Shown here: in pieces, positions 9,008 through 20,250 of the stretch
Position numbering within the stretch: the first letter of the stretch is position 1
Layout: each line of letters begins with the position of its first letter
Assembly (NCBI GenBank): GCA_963765495.1
Contig: CAVXWP010000009.1
Span: 768,001 to 832,000, forward strand
Origin: Blastocatellia bacterium
GTDB lineage: Bacteria > Acidobacteriota > Blastocatellia > UBA7656
Direction of reading: 5' to 3'
Length of the DNA stretch: 64,000 nucleotides
Made by a program: the position numbers and the translations under genes
Notes under the pieces: model-generated
What the model was told of the DNA's origin: nothing
Seen by the model: only the letters and a program-made list of their open reading frames with translations
Database searches by the model: none

Positions 9008-11011
9008 ATGAAGAAGAATCAAGTCACAAATCAGAGACCGGGAGCCTTCAAGAGTTTTCTTATAGTAGCCTTGATGATATTGCTTCCCTTTTCGGGAATA
9101 ATATCAGGAGGGTTTGGAGCCAGCGTCTTAGCTCAAACTGGTTCCAGAAAACCGATTTCAACCAACGGCAACCCTCAAAACGGTGGTTCCAGGCCCCCGT
9201 CCGGCAATCAACCCGACACCAAGATTTCGCGTGACCTGAGAGTTTCGATAAACAATGACGCATCAAAGATGATGCGCGTAATCGTTCAGACCCAGACGCC
9301 TCCACAGAAAACAAAAGACTTTCTCACGGCTCTCAGTCGCACTGGCGGAACGATTCGCAAGAGCTTTACCCGGATCAATGCTGCGGTCGTAGAGATTCCT
9401 GCCGCCTCGGTTGATTCTCTTCTCTCTCGCACCGATATCAAGTTCATCTCTCCAGACAGACCTACCCAGGTATCGGGCCACGTAGAGGTTACGACCGGAA
9501 CCAGTCTGGCTCGGTCCTACGGCACACCCACTACAGGCGTGATTGACGGGCACGGCATAGGCATAGCGGTTCTGGACTCGGGCATCTACTCTGCCCACGA
9601 TTCTCTTCACTCTTCCACCCTGCAATCGAGAGTCGTGGCAAACGTAGATTTCACGGGCGAAGGAAGAACCGATGATCCGTACGGGCACGGCGCTCACGTG
9701 GCGACGCTGGCGGCGGGCAACAATGAGATTTCCGGCGGCGCATACACCGGGACCGCTCCGGCGGCCAACTTAATCAATGTAAGAGTGCTCGACTCTCAAG
9801 GACGGGGCACATCCTCGGCCCTGCTGAGCGGCATAGACTGGTGCATTCAAAACAAAAATACCTATAACATCAGAGTGATGAACCTGAGCCTGGGCACCGT
9901 GGCTGTTGATTCCTACGTCAACGACCCGATTTGTCTTGCCGTGCGTCAGGCGGTCGAAGCAGGCATAGTGGTTTGTGTGGCGGCGGGAAACCTCGGAAAA
10001 GATGAGAACGGAAACAAGATTTTCGGAGCCATTCACTCGCCGGGCATCGAGCCCTCGGTGATAACGGTCGGAGCAGCAAACACAAAAGGCACTGACTCTC
10101 GCAGCGACGACACGGTAGCGACTTATAGTTCCTGCGGGCCGACCAGAGGTTATTACACGGACAGCTACGGCGAAAAACATTACGACAACCTTATCAAACC
10201 GGACCTCATTGCGCCGGGCAACAAGCTTATCTCCGCCAAGTCCCCAAACAATTATCTGGTAACCACGCATCCCGAACTGGATGCGCTGGTGAGCCCGCTT
10301 TCCACCCGCAGCATGATGACCATGAGCGGGACCTCGATGGCAACGCCAGTCGTGAGCGGGGTGGTGGCGCTGATGTTGCAGAGGAACCCCGCGCTGACTC
10401 CGAATATGGTCAAGGCGATCCTCGAATATACGGCGCAGCCGCTGGCCGGATTCAGCACCATCGAGCAGGGAGCGGGGCTCTTGAACGTTGAAGGCTCTGT
10501 TCGACTCGCAGGGCTCGTCAGACCGGATTTTGCCGGGTTGCCCGCAGGCTCGCCCTTACTTACCGGCACGGCCCCCACCGAAGCGACTACGATTGCAAAC
10601 GAGACCTTTGTCTGGGGCGGCGGAATCATTCAGAAATGGAATTTCCTGACCGGGTCTAATCTGATAACCCAGTGCCAGGGGATTTACGGCACAGGCGTAA
10701 TCCTTTCGGATGGAGTAATACTTTCGAACGGAAGCTTCGTGCCCGACGGAGTATTGCTCTCGCAAGGCGTGATTCTTTCAAACGGAGTTATTCTCTCGGA
10801 TGGAACCACGTTGGGGAGCGGTCCTCTGCTGGCCGATTCCGTGTTGCTTGCGGATGGGACGATGTTTGCCGACGGAGTAATGTTAAGCGATGGAGTGCTC
10901 ATCGCTGACAGCATACTATCGGATACGACCGCCGCTCAGAGCGCCCTGTCCACACCCTACAATGGTGATGACGGACCGAGCTTAGTTCCCGTGCCGGACG
11001 GAAATCATTGA
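9008..11011 (+). CDS. Secreted S8 subtilase (AprX-like) with C-terminal hexapeptide repeats
   Basis: Triad motifs VLDSG, HGAHVA, GTSMATP; propeptide-like region; GVILSD-type repeats at the C-terminus. Confidence 0.92.
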   Translation: MKKNQVTNQRPGAFKSFLIVALMILLPFSGIISGGFGASVLAQTGSRKPISTNGNPQNGGSRPPSGNQPDTKISRDLRVSINNDASKMMRVIVQTQTPPQKTKDFLTALSRTGGTIRKSFTRINAAVVEIPAASVDSLLSRTDIKFISPDRPTQVSGHVEVTTGTSLARSYGTPTTGVIDGHGIGIAVLDSGIYSAHDSLHSSTLQSRVVANVDFTGEGRTDDPYGHGAHVATLAAGNNEISGGAYTGTAPAANLINVRVLDSQGRGTSSALLSGIDWCIQNKNTYNIRVMNLSLGTVAVDSYVNDPICLAVRQAVEAGIVVCVAAGNLGKDENGNKIFGAIHSPGIEPSVITVGAANTKGTDSRSDDTVATYSSCGPTRGYYTDSYGEKHYDNLIKPDLIAPGNKLISAKSPNNYLVTTHPELDALVSPLSTRSMMTMSGTSMATPVVSGVVALMLQRNPALTPNMVKAILEYTAQPLAGFSTIEQGAGLLNVEGSVRLAGLVRPDFAGLPAGSPLLTGTAPTEATTIANETFVWGGGIIQKWNFLTGSNLITQCQGIYGTGVILSDGVILSNGSFVPDGVLLSQGVILSNGVILSDGTTLGSGPLLADSVLLADGTMFADGVMLSDGVLIADSILSDTTAAQSALSTPYNGDDGPSLVPVPDGNH

Positions 11012-11057
11012 ACGGAAACGATTGAGACGGGCAACATCACAGGCCAGGGATAAACAT

Positions 11058-11098
11058 GGCGCGGCGGATTTATGTAAATCCGTCGCGCCTCTCTTTTT
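11058..11098 (+). terminator. Rho-independent terminator
   Basis: GGCGCGGCGGATTTA-TG-TAAATCCGTCGCGCC followed by TCTCTTTTT. Confidence 0.75.
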
Positions 11099-11181
11099 GT
11101 CCCGTTGATGGTTAAAAAGCGCGGCGCTTTCGATAAAGTTTTCCGCCCGGTTTAGCGTGTTTCGCGGACCTAAAATTTATT

Positions 11182-12045
11182 TCAGGACCGTTTCCGCCCG
11201 ATTGCCAGTATGTGCGCGCTTGCGCCGATAATCGACGGCTCATCTTCAACCCTTCGGATGGCGGCAAGCAATCTCTCGCGGCGAGCGGGGTTCTGCCACT
11301 GCTCATCAAAATTTTGCAACAGCCACGCGGGGCCTTCCACGCTCAGGCTATTTTCGTAACTTAACCCTGCATCCTCGAATTCAGACGCAATCTCGCCCGG
11401 GTGATGAAAATAAGCCGTTGTGAAATAGGCCGGGTGATTCGTGGGATTGCGGTGCTGGCCGTCTTTCAGGTCGCGCTCGACAATTTTCACAAACTCGGGG
11501 TCATCAAGAAAACCCTGACAAAGCCCGTCAAGCGTCGAGGCAAATCTCGATATGACCGCCGCGATTACGGCTCCGCCTTCGCGCACTACGCGCCTCGCCT
11601 CCGCGAGAGCCTGAATCCTTTCGCCTCGTTCGATCAGGTGGTAAAGCGGCCCGAGTAACAACACCGCGTCGGCGCTCGAATCGGTGCGCTCAAGGCGGCG
11701 CGCATCGCCTGTGTTGAGGCTTGCTACGGGATGCGCGGGTTGAGAGGCGGAAGCCTTGCGCGCCAACTCTACATGCAACGGCAAGGCATCTATCAGGTGC
11801 ACCTCGTAGCCCTTTCGGGCAAGCCAGCAGGCATAGACACCCGGCCCGCCTCCAACATCGACAACCACGGCGGGCGGCGAGGGCAAAAATCGCTCGATTA
11901 TTTCCCGCGTGCGCGCAAGCTCAAGCCGGCCCGACCCGCCTGTGAGCCTCTCCCCTTCATAGCCGCTTTCGTAATGATCCGACAAGGCTTCCGCGAGCGC
12001 CTTCTGTGATTCTGATGAATTCGACATGTTCTCTCTTTGCATCAC
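11182..12045 (-). CDS. Class I SAM-dependent methyltransferase
   Basis: VVDVGGGPG motif I; DAVLLLGPLYHL. Start may be slightly downstream. Confidence 0.9.
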   Translation of the reverse strand: MMQRENMSNSSESQKALAEALSDHYESGYEGERLTGGSGRLELARTREIIERFLPSPPAVVVDVGGGPGVYACWLARKGYEVHLIDALPLHVELARKASASQPAHPVASLNTGDARRLERTDSSADAVLLLGPLYHLIERGERIQALAEARRVVREGGAVIAAVISRFASTLDGLCQGFLDDPEFVKIVERDLKDGQHRNPTNHPAYFTTAYFHHPGEIASEFEDAGLSYENSLSVEGPAWLLQNFDEQWQNPARRERLLAAIRRVEDEPSIIGASAHILAIGRKRS

Positions 12046-12068
12046 GCATCGCCCATCGCGTCACTCGA

Positions 12069-13220
12069 TCAAGGCTTTATCGCCGCTTCGATCAGCTCTA
12101 TGCGCTCGCGTGGCGTTTCGCCGTCGCGTGGCGCTTTCTCTATCCTCTCCAGAACATCGAAACCGTCGATCATCTTGCCAAAGATCGTGTACTTGCCGTC
12201 GAGATGCGGGGCCGGGCCAAGCACTATGAAGAATGATGTGGTGGCCGAATCGGGGCTTTCCGTCCGAGCCATCGAGAGCACGCCCCGCGTGTGTTTTCTA
12301 AAGCTGAACTCGGCCTTGAGCGGATGGACCCAGCGATCAGCCGGGTGCGATTTTTGATCCACTCGCGTTTCTCCGAGACCGCCCTGAATGACGAAGCCCG
12401 GAATCACGCGATGAAAGGCCGTGTGATCAAACCACCCCGTCTGAACAAGCATCAGGAAGTTGCGTACGTGTTCAGGCGCGAGGTCCGGGTCAAGGCTGAT
12501 GGTAATATCGCCGAGGCTGGTCCTGAGCAACACATCCTTACGCATCTCTTCGACGGATGCGAACTTAAACGGCTCGACTCGTTCAGGCTCGATTTTGACG
12601 CTCGTTATTCTGATCGGAGTGATGGTCAGATTATCTTTGCCTGAGGGCGCAGCCGATATTTTGTCTACCACATCCATTCCCTCGACCACTTTGCCAAAGG
12701 CAGAGAACTTGCCGTTTAGCTGTGACTGCGGCGAAGAGCAGATAAAGAACTGCGCGCCGCCGCTGTTTGCGCGGTCGGGAACCTGTACGGCAGAGACGGT
12801 TCCGCGTTCGTGTTTGAGGTCGCTCACCTCATCGGCAACCTGATCGAGCCCCCCGCTTCCCCATCGCTCGCGTGGGGTCTTCGGGTCTTTGAGCAGAGGG
12901 TCGCCTCCCTGAATGATTCCGAGTTTGACTACTCGATGAAAAGCAGAGCCGTCATAGAAGCCCTCACGCGCAAGCTTTATGAAATGCTGGACGTGTTTTG
13001 GCGCTTTGTCTGGGAGGAACTGGAATCTGATCACGCCGAGTTCGGTTGTGATGACGGCTTCCAGATGGGCCGCATCGGGAGCCTCCACGGCTTCGGCCCC
13101 GGCGGGTTGAACCTCCCTTTTCTTGTGCTGGGCCGACGACAGACCGGGCGCGCACAATGCAAACAATAAAAAGATAATCACGTACGGGGTTATTACGGCA
13201 TCTCTTTTCACAATCCTCAT
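12069..13220 (-). CDS. Secreted peptidyl-prolyl isomerase with two cyclophilin domains
   Basis: Two copies of FHRV..G.(I/V)IQGG; SGGAQFFI and SATTSFFI; signal peptide. Confidence 0.92.
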   Translation of the reverse strand: MRIVKRDAVITPYVIIFLLFALCAPGLSSAQHKKREVQPAGAEAVEAPDAAHLEAVITTELGVIRFQFLPDKAPKHVQHFIKLAREGFYDGSAFHRVVKLGIIQGGDPLLKDPKTPRERWGSGGLDQVADEVSDLKHERGTVSAVQVPDRANSGGAQFFICSSPQSQLNGKFSAFGKVVEGMDVVDKISAAPSGKDNLTITPIRITSVKIEPERVEPFKFASVEEMRKDVLLRTSLGDITISLDPDLAPEHVRNFLMLVQTGWFDHTAFHRVIPGFVIQGGLGETRVDQKSHPADRWVHPLKAEFSFRKHTRGVLSMARTESPDSATTSFFIVLGPAPHLDGKYTIFGKMIDGFDVLERIEKAPRDGETPRERIELIEAAIKP

Positions 13221-13346
13221 TCAACATCACTCCTTGTGTTCGATCATCGAATTAGTGGTTTGAAATTCCAACCGGCGGCAAGTCAATTCTAACATCTTCG
13301 CCCGGAGCTTTCGACAACCGGGGAAATATATCAGGGTTCAGCAACA

Positions 13347-13413
13347 GCCACAGAGGCACAGAGACACAGAGATTTCTTTTTATCATTTCTCTGTGGCTCT
13401 GTGCCTCTGCGGC
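13347..13413. repeat. Hairpin with octamer-repeat arms (CACAGAGR)3
   Basis: GCCACAGAGGCACAGAGACACAGAGA ... TCTCTGTGGCTCTGTGCCTCTGCGGC. Confidence 0.85.
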
Positions 13414-13566
13414 AAAATTTCTCTTTCTGAACGCATACTCATATCCTTGAGAGAGGTCTTGTTGATCGTTGTGGATTACTATTGCCGCCGAGACGCTTTC
13501 GAAATACCATAGGGCTATCGCGCGATTGCCCCTGAGAACCTTTACAACTAATCAAGAGAGACACTC

Positions 13567-13980
13567 ATGAAACGGATGCTATCGATAATGGCAATGCTGT
13601 TTGCAATAACGCTTTGGGGTTGTGACGCGATAAAGACAGAACAGGCTCCGCACGTGACCGCGGGAAACGAAATGGCGGCAATGACGAGATTGCATGCAAT
13701 CGCCGCCGCCGAGGCCCAGTATCAGGCGACCGACGGCAGCGGCAATTTTGCCACGCTAGACGAGCTTATCGAAAAAGGCTTTGTCAGAGACCCATCGAGC
13801 GGCAAGTTGACCGGCTATCGCTTTACGGTCAAAGTCCGTGCGGGCGGGTTTAGCGCCACGGCGGTTCCCGAAAAATTTCCCATCACAGGCACGCGCTCTT
13901 TTTATGTGGATGAAACAAACGTGATGCGGGGCGCAGATAAAAGGGGTATGGAAGCCACAAGCTCAGACCCGACAGTCTGA
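13567..13980 (+). CDS. Putative lipoprotein with pilin-like C-terminal domain
   Basis: Lipobox-like LWGC; NEMAAMTRLHAIAAAEAQY...GYRF...TGTRSFYVDET resembles acidobacterial pilin-like head domains. Confidence 0.55.
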   Translation: MKRMLSIMAMLFAITLWGCDAIKTEQAPHVTAGNEMAAMTRLHAIAAAEAQYQATDGSGNFATLDELIEKGFVRDPSSGKLTGYRFTVKVRAGGFSATAVPEKFPITGTRSFYVDETNVMRGADKRGMEATSSDPTV

Positions 13981-14062
13981 TTCGTGATGCGTGATTCGTG
14001 ACTCACCAGCCTTGTTATCTTTAACAGGCAGTCTTCCTTAGAGTCACGAATCACGCATCACG
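13978..14062. repeat. Hairpin with CGTGAT(G/T) heptamer arms (22-bp perfect stem)
   Basis: CGTGATGCGTGATTCGTGACTC (13983-14004) / GAGTCACGAATCACGCATCACG (14041-14062). Confidence 0.9.
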
Positions 14063-14084
14063 GACGAGCGAAGCGAGTCGCGCG

Positions 14085-16377
14085 TTAACAGAAGTCGCTT
14101 ATCAGGACGGCATCTGTGGTCGAGGTGCCGCGTGAGCAGACAAACTGTTTTCCGTCCGGCGACCAGTCGAACGAAAAAATCAGGTCAGATTTAAAATCGG
14201 TCAACTGTTTAGACGGGCCGCCCTCTATCGGCTGAATCCAGATATTAGAGACTCCGTTGTGCGTCTCGACGTAGCTTATTGCGCGGCCATCCGGTGTCCA
14301 GCGAATCTCTCTGATCGGAGAACTGGCGACATCCAATATCTTTACAGGCTCTCCGCCCTCAAAGGGCAGAAGAGCTACATGGAATCGCGAGTTCGGTTGC
14401 TGAGACAGGTAATTGCAGGCTATAAGCTTTGCGTCGGGCGAGACGGCCGGTCTTCCCACCGTATCCTTGAAAGTCAGTTGTACGGGGTCGCCGCCTTCGA
14501 TAGGGACCCTCCACACGTGAACACCCTGCGGGGAATGCCGATAATAAACAACCCATTTGCCGTCAGGTGAACAATCGGGAATGCTCCCGCCATCGACTAA
14601 CTGTCTGGGGTCTGCGCCGTCGCTGTTCATTCTCCAGATGCTTGCCTGGTGCGAGCGATCAGAAGAGAAAACTATATAACGACCATCAGGAGAGACCGAG
14701 GGGAAACTATTGGAACCGGCATCCGAGGTCAGTTGTTTTTGCCCCGTCCCGTCCTCGCTCATAATCCATATATCCTGATTGCCGCTTGCCGCCGACTGGT
14801 AGACTATTCTGCCGTCAGGTGTCCAGCAAAGCCCCGCGTAATCGCTTGTTGCCGATGTGATCTTTTGAGCGCGGGTTTGATCTGCCTCAGGCACGATCCA
14901 GATATTTGCGGACTGCTCGCCCTGCACCGTTACAAGGGTTCGGGAATCTGCCGTAAGGCTCACGCCCATGTAACCGCTCAAGTCATTGGTAATCCTGTAG
15001 GCTTCGCCCTCCGGGTAAGATACGCGCCACAACTGCGGCTGACCGGCTTTCTCAATGGTCGATATAATCAGACCGCTCGCATCGGAAAGCCATGTAAAAG
15101 CTTCGACATAACCCCATTGCTTTTGAGAGAAAGCTTTCTCTGTGCCGTCATCTGCCCGCACTTCGATAAAACTCCTGTTGCCTCCGCCCACGCTGCCGCC
15201 TCTGGCAAAGCTGCCTTCAAGACAGACGATAATATTTCCGTCGGGCGACCACGCCGCTCCCGCCAGATACTCGGGCAGCGTACGCGAGGCAAGCGCACGC
15301 TCACCTGTTCCATCCGTGTTGATTACAACCAGACTTCTATTGAAATTCTCGTCCAGGCGAATGAGGGCGATCCGCTTCCCGTCAGGCGAAAAACTGATGT
15401 TGCTCAATGTGTCCTGTATGCTTATATCCGCGATCAGCTTTTTAGGCTCGCCTCCGAGGACCGTCATTTGATAGAGCGTGGCGCGCGGCTCGCCTTTCTC
15501 TCTCCCGAGGTAATAGATGTAGTTTCCATCACGTGAGAAGGCCAATCCCCGATAAGATCGGTCCCGGGCGGGCCGAAGTATCTGCACGTTGCTTGTCGTG
15601 GCCGCTTGCCTGAGCCAGAGACTCTGCCGTCCCGCATCGTCTATCACATAGATGATATATTTGCCGTCGGGCGAAATCGCCGCCCCCGCCAGATTGCCCG
15701 TCGATGTGAGCTTCGTCATGTTCATCGTCTGAAAAGGCGAGGACGTCTTATTTTCTTCGGGCTTTTGCCCGATGAATCGTGACAACGCAAAAGCGGTCCC
15801 CAAAACGACAACCGCGAGCAGGGTTAAGATGAGGGCCGCGCCTCTCTTATTGCGTTTGATCTCGCTGATGATCAGGTCAACCGAGGATATCGGGCGAGCC
15901 TCATCCGAAGCGAGAGTTTGAGCCGATACCTCGGCCGGGGTCTGAATCACGGTATCCCGGCCCGGGATAGGCGGCGCGGGCTTCCTGTTCGAATCGGCGC
16001 ACCCGCTGGTCATCGGTCATGAAGGTGGCGGGCAGCAATTTGATTGCAACGGGGCGGCCCAGCCTGCTGTCCTGCGCCAGATAGACTTCGCCCATCCCGC
16101 CTTTGCCGATCTTCGAGATTATCTTGTAAGGGCCTATGCGCTGGCCCGATTCCACCCCCGGCCCGGTTTCCGAAACCATCTCGGCCGCCGCTCCAAAGAT
16201 CAGCGATTCGAGGAAGCCGCCCGCTTCATCGTGGGCGGCCAGAAGCGATTCGACCTCTTTTCGAAGCGAGATGTCGTCTCCGCACATGCGGTCGAGCAGC
16301 ACGGCTCGCTCGTCAGATTTGTGCTCAAGCGCCGATTCCAGAATCTTATTGATCTGTTGCCATCGCTCGGGTGTCAT
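14085..16377 (-). pseudogene. Ser/Thr protein kinase-TolB-like beta-propeller fusion with internal deletion and frameshift
   Basis: MTPERWQQ...[12 protein letters not shown]...VAIKLL...RFEQEARAA breaks near 15970 and continues in another frame with linker, TM helix and PD40 (SPDG) repeats. HRD and DFG motifs are absent. Confidence 0.8.
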
Positions 16378-16517
16378 AGAGATCGTGATTCGTGATTCGT
16401 GACCTGATAGAACAAACGCACCTAGCTTATGCATTTGCCCGATGCGAGTCAATTAGAAGGTTATCGAGAACAATCCCTCCTGTCCCACAGGACCAGCATT
16501 TGATTCTCAGGAGATTC

Positions 16518-16586
16518 TTTGCGTGCTTCGCCTGCTCTGCGCCTCGGCGAGAAATAGGTGCTCGCCAGGGCGCAAAGCGCGCAAAG
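16518..16586. repeat. Degenerate hairpin with CTTTGCG/CGCAAAG-type repeat arms
   Basis: CTTTGCGTGCTTCGCC...GGCGAG / CTCGCC...CGCAAAGCGCGCAAAG; a similar element lies at about 35889-35938. Confidence 0.55.
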
Positions 16587-16735
16587 AGCTTCCTTAACAT
16601 AGATTATCCCCCGAAATAAGGCCCGACCTGCCGCTTTGAACCTGTTGCCGCCGGTTGACTACAATGCTAATTTCATGTTTCATGCTTGCTTGCAATTTGT
16701 AGAACAACATCTCTTGCTCAAGTAGAATACAGATA

Positions 16736-19108
16736 TTGTCTTCGATGACGAAAAACAACGGGCAGCAGCCCTCAAACGAATACTCTGCCCCCGCCGGGAC
16801 TTTCTGGCGGGTCGAGGGTAGTCTCCTGAATCTGAGCGCGGTGCGCCCGGTAGGCTTTTTCACCTGGAACGCTCAGAGCTTCCTCGAACGCTGGGCGCGG
16901 CGCTCAGGCGTGGCGCTGCTTGCGCTTGTGCGTCCCCTGCTCTACGCCACGAACCGCGTATTCGCCACCCGCGTGCTGCATTCGCTGCTGCGCGGAGTAA
17001 GCCAGGACCGCCTCGACCTTCTCGGCGAAGAGTATTTCAATTACATCCTCAGACCCCGGCTCAATCAGGAAAGCGTAGAAAAGCTGAGAGAATTGATGAA
17101 CGCGGGTGAAGACGTGATTCTGGTCTCGCAGGGGCTTGAGCACGTCATGCGCCCGCTTGCCGCATACCTCGGGGTCGGTCGCCTGGTAGCCAACCGGCTT
17201 GAGTTTCGCGACGGGCTCGCGACGGGCCGTTTGCTCGATCCGGTCATACGGCCTCGCGGAGGCTTTGCGCGTCTTGCCAGACGAAAGGTGGACGGGCGCA
17301 TCGCCCCGGAACGGATGGCCCGAGACCTCGGATTTTCCGGCGGGCCCGAGGCGCTCGGTCGCGCCATAATTCCTACGACCAGAAACCAGCATTTGCCCAC
17401 CCGCCCCATAGTGCTTTTCGACACCCGCAAACGGCTCAAAGAGTTTTCCGTAAAAGAGTCGCTTGCCGGGAAACACGTTTTGCTGATCGGGACCACCGGC
17501 TTTATCGGCAAGGTATGGCTGGCAAAAATTCTCAGCGAAGTCCCCGATATAGACAAAATATACCTGTTGATTCGCCGCCAGCGATCTACTCCGGCGCAAC
17601 GCCGTTTTGAAAAGATAGTGGAATCCTCTCCGGTCTTTGAGAGCTTCCACGAAAAGTACGGCGAAGATTTGCCGCGTTTCTTAGGCGAGCGAATAGAGGT
17701 GGTCGAAGGCGATGTGACGCTTGCGGGCCTCGGGCTTGAGGCGGAAACCAGAACGCGCCTGCTCGCCCGACTCGATCTTGTGGTCAACAGTTCCGGTCTC
17801 ACGGATTTCAATCCCGACCTGAGACTTGCGCTTTCAATCAACGTGGACGCGACGGTACACGTTCTCGACTTTATTCGCCAGAGCGACCACGCGGGCCTCC
17901 TCCACCTTTCTACCTGCTACGTAGTGGGGCAGAGAGACGGGCGGATACTGGAAGAGATTCGGCCCAACTACACCCCGGCGGGCGTTAAAGGTTTCGATGC
18001 CGAGCGAGAACGCGAGGCGCTTCACGCGCTGGTCAGAGAGATCGAAATCAGAAGCGAAAGCACCGAGGTCACCGAAGAGTTGCGCGCACAGGCGCGGTCA
18101 AAAGCGCCAAAAAATATCAGCGAAGAGGTGCTTGAGAACCACGTCCGAAAGTATCGCTCGCGCTGGGTGCGCGCTCGGTTGACCGAGACCGGGATGCGCA
18201 GGGCAAGAGAACTGGGCTGGCCCAATACCTATACCTTTACAAAGAGCCTGGCCGAATCGCTGCTGGCAAAACGCGGCATAGACCTGCCGGTTGCGATAGT
18301 GCGGCCCTCGATTGTAGAGACATCCACGCAAGACCCGTTCTGCGGCTGGAACGAAGGCGTAAACACATCAGCGCCGCTCTCTTATCTGCTCGGGACTTTC
18401 TTTCGCCAGCTTCCATCAAACGAGCGTAAGTGCCTTGATCTGATCCCCGTAGATATGGTCTCTCGCGGGATGTGTTTGATCTCGGCCGCGATAGTCAATC
18501 GGGTCCACAGCAGGGCATATCAACTGGCTACCTCGGCGGTAAATCCCTGCGACATGCGGCGCTGCATAGAGCTTACGGGGCTTGCCCATCGCAAGCACTA
18601 CCGCGCGCAGGAAGGCTTGGAGCACTGGCTGCGGCGCAGGTTCGATTCTATCCCCGTCTCCAAAGAGCGGTACGAGCGATTGTCTGCGCCGGGGCAGAAG
18701 GCCGTAGTTCATGCCATCCAGCGAATCAGCGCGCCGCTACCGCTCAAGCGTCCGCCCTTTGTGCGCACCGAACGCGACCTTGAACGCGTCGAGAAACTCA
18801 TAGAGCTTTACGAGCCGTTCATTCTCCATAACGAGCACGTCTTTGAAGCCGAGAATGTCGAGCTTTTATCGGAAGCCCTGCCCGAGCGGGAGCGCGAAGC
18901 CTTCAGCTATGACGCGCTTTCGATAGACTGGTGGGAATACTGGATCAATATCCACATCCCCGCGCTTAGGAAGTGGGCCTATCCCTTGATCGAGGGGCGG
19001 CCTCTTGAGTCTCGCCCGAGTCACGATTTTCACCTTCCGGCGCAACAGGCGCAACAGGCCGCTAAGGGAAACAGCAATCGCCTGAGCGATGAGCCTGTAG
19101 GGACTTAA
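16736..19108 (+). CDS. Fusion of a degenerate HAD-IB-like domain and a fatty acyl-CoA reductase (male-sterility family)
   Basis: HAD-like N-terminus ([20 protein letters not shown]) lacking DxD; FAR motifs [31 protein letters not shown]. Confidence 0.85.
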   Translation: MSSMTKNNGQQPSNEYSAPAGTFWRVEGSLLNLSAVRPVGFFTWNAQSFLERWARRSGVALLALVRPLLYATNRVFATRVLHSLLRGVSQDRLDLLGEEYFNYILRPRLNQESVEKLRELMNAGEDVILVSQGLEHVMRPLAAYLGVGRLVANRLEFRDGLATGRLLDPVIRPRGGFARLARRKVDGRIAPERMARDLGFSGGPEALGRAIIPTTRNQHLPTRPIVLFDTRKRLKEFSVKESLAGKHVLLIGTTGFIGKVWLAKILSEVPDIDKIYLLIRRQRSTPAQRRFEKIVESSPVFESFHEKYGEDLPRFLGERIEVVEGDVTLAGLGLEAETRTRLLARLDLVVNSSGLTDFNPDLRLALSINVDATVHVLDFIRQSDHAGLLHLSTCYVVGQRDGRILEEIRPNYTPAGVKGFDAEREREALHALVREIEIRSESTEVTEELRAQARSKAPKNISEEVLENHVRKYRSRWVRARLTETGMRRARELGWPNTYTFTKSLAESLLAKRGIDLPVAIVRPSIVETSTQDPFCGWNEGVNTSAPLSYLLGTFFRQLPSNERKCLDLIPVDMVSRGMCLISAAIVNRVHSRAYQLATSAVNPCDMRRCIELTGLAHRKHYRAQEGLEHWLRRRFDSIPVSKERYERLSAPGQKAVVHAIQRISAPLPLKRPPFVRTERDLERVEKLIELYEPFILHNEHVFEAENVELLSEALPEREREAFSYDALSIDWWEYWINIHIPALRKWAYPLIEGRPLESRPSHDFHLPAQQAQQAAKGNSNRLSDEPVGT

Positions 19109-19113
19109 TCAGT

Positions 19114-20250
19114 ATGGCAATATTTCTAACAGGCTCGACGGGGTATCTCGGCGCTCACCTCGCGGCAGGCTTATTAGAGGGGCACGCCGAAAAGCTGAAT
19201 CTTCTGGTTCGCGCTAAGAGCGAGCGCGAGGCGGAAGAGAGATTATGGCGCGCCCTGCAACTGCACATGGATTTCCCGCGCTTTTATGACTTCCTGAAGA
19301 CCAGGATCAACATCTTTTGCGGCGATCTGACCGACCCGCGTTTTGGGCTTGAAGCAGATGATTATCTTCGCATGGCGAAGACCACGGATTCGATTATTCA
19401 TTGCGCCGCTTCGCTAAATCGCAAGAGCGAAAAAAGCTGTCTGAATGTAAACCTGAGGGGTACGCTCGAAGTAGTCAAATTCGCAGCCGCCGCCCGCGAC
19501 GATCACGGGCTTCGCCGCATCAGCCACGTGAGCACCGTGGCCGTGGCCGGGCATCGCAGCAATGAAGTGGTCAGGGAAGACGAGGCGATAGACTGGAACC
19601 GTTCCGATTATGACCCCTACGCCCGCACAAAGAAGTTTTGCGAGCACATGGTGGCGGAACTCCTGCCCGATGTGCCTCATACCGTATTTCGCCCGAGCAT
19701 AATACTTGGCGACAGCCGCTGGCCCGAAACCACTCAATTCGATATGGTGCGCTCATTTGTCTTTCTGGCCGGACTTCCCGTCCTGCCCTTTCGCGCCGAA
19801 GACCGCATAGACATAGTGCCAGTGGATTTCGTCGCCTCTTCAATCGTCGCGCTCCATCAAAAAGAGAAGCCCGATCACGATATTTATCATCTGTCGTCGG
19901 GGACAAGTTCTCAGACTTTTCGCGAGCTTACCGATGCGCTCGCGAGGGTCCGCGACAAGCGCGGGCCGGTCTTTTTGCCGAGCCTTGAGCGCCCCTTTAC
20001 GAGCGCGGTCAATTATCTGGCAAACAGACGCGGCACGACTCTCGGTTATGGAGCCTCGCTGCTGAAGGTCTTTATTCCTTATCTTGTGTGGAACACCGTA
20101 TTCGACAACACGCGAGCAGTTACGGAGACAGGACAGTCGCCCGCGCTGTTTTCCGACTACAGCTATGGCCTGTTGAAGTTCGCCAAAGAAGGCAATTTCA
20201 CATACGATTACAAGCAATGGCCGAGTGCCGTAGAGGAGTATGCCCGATGA
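19114..20250 (+). CDS. Extended SDR / thioester-reductase-like oxidoreductase
   Basis: [28 protein letters not shown] (YxxxK), FRPSIILG. Confidence 0.88.
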   Translation: MAIFLTGSTGYLGAHLAAGLLEGHAEKLNLLVRAKSEREAEERLWRALQLHMDFPRFYDFLKTRINIFCGDLTDPRFGLEADDYLRMAKTTDSIIHCAASLNRKSEKSCLNVNLRGTLEVVKFAAAARDDHGLRRISHVSTVAVAGHRSNEVVREDEAIDWNRSDYDPYARTKKFCEHMVAELLPDVPHTVFRPSIILGDSRWPETTQFDMVRSFVFLAGLPVLPFRAEDRIDIVPVDFVASSIVALHQKEKPDHDIYHLSSGTSSQTFRELTDALARVRDKRGPVFLPSLERPFTSAVNYLANRRGTTLGYGASLLKVFIPYLVWNTVFDNTRAVTETGQSPALFSDYSYGLLKFAKEGNFTYDYKQWPSAVEEYAR

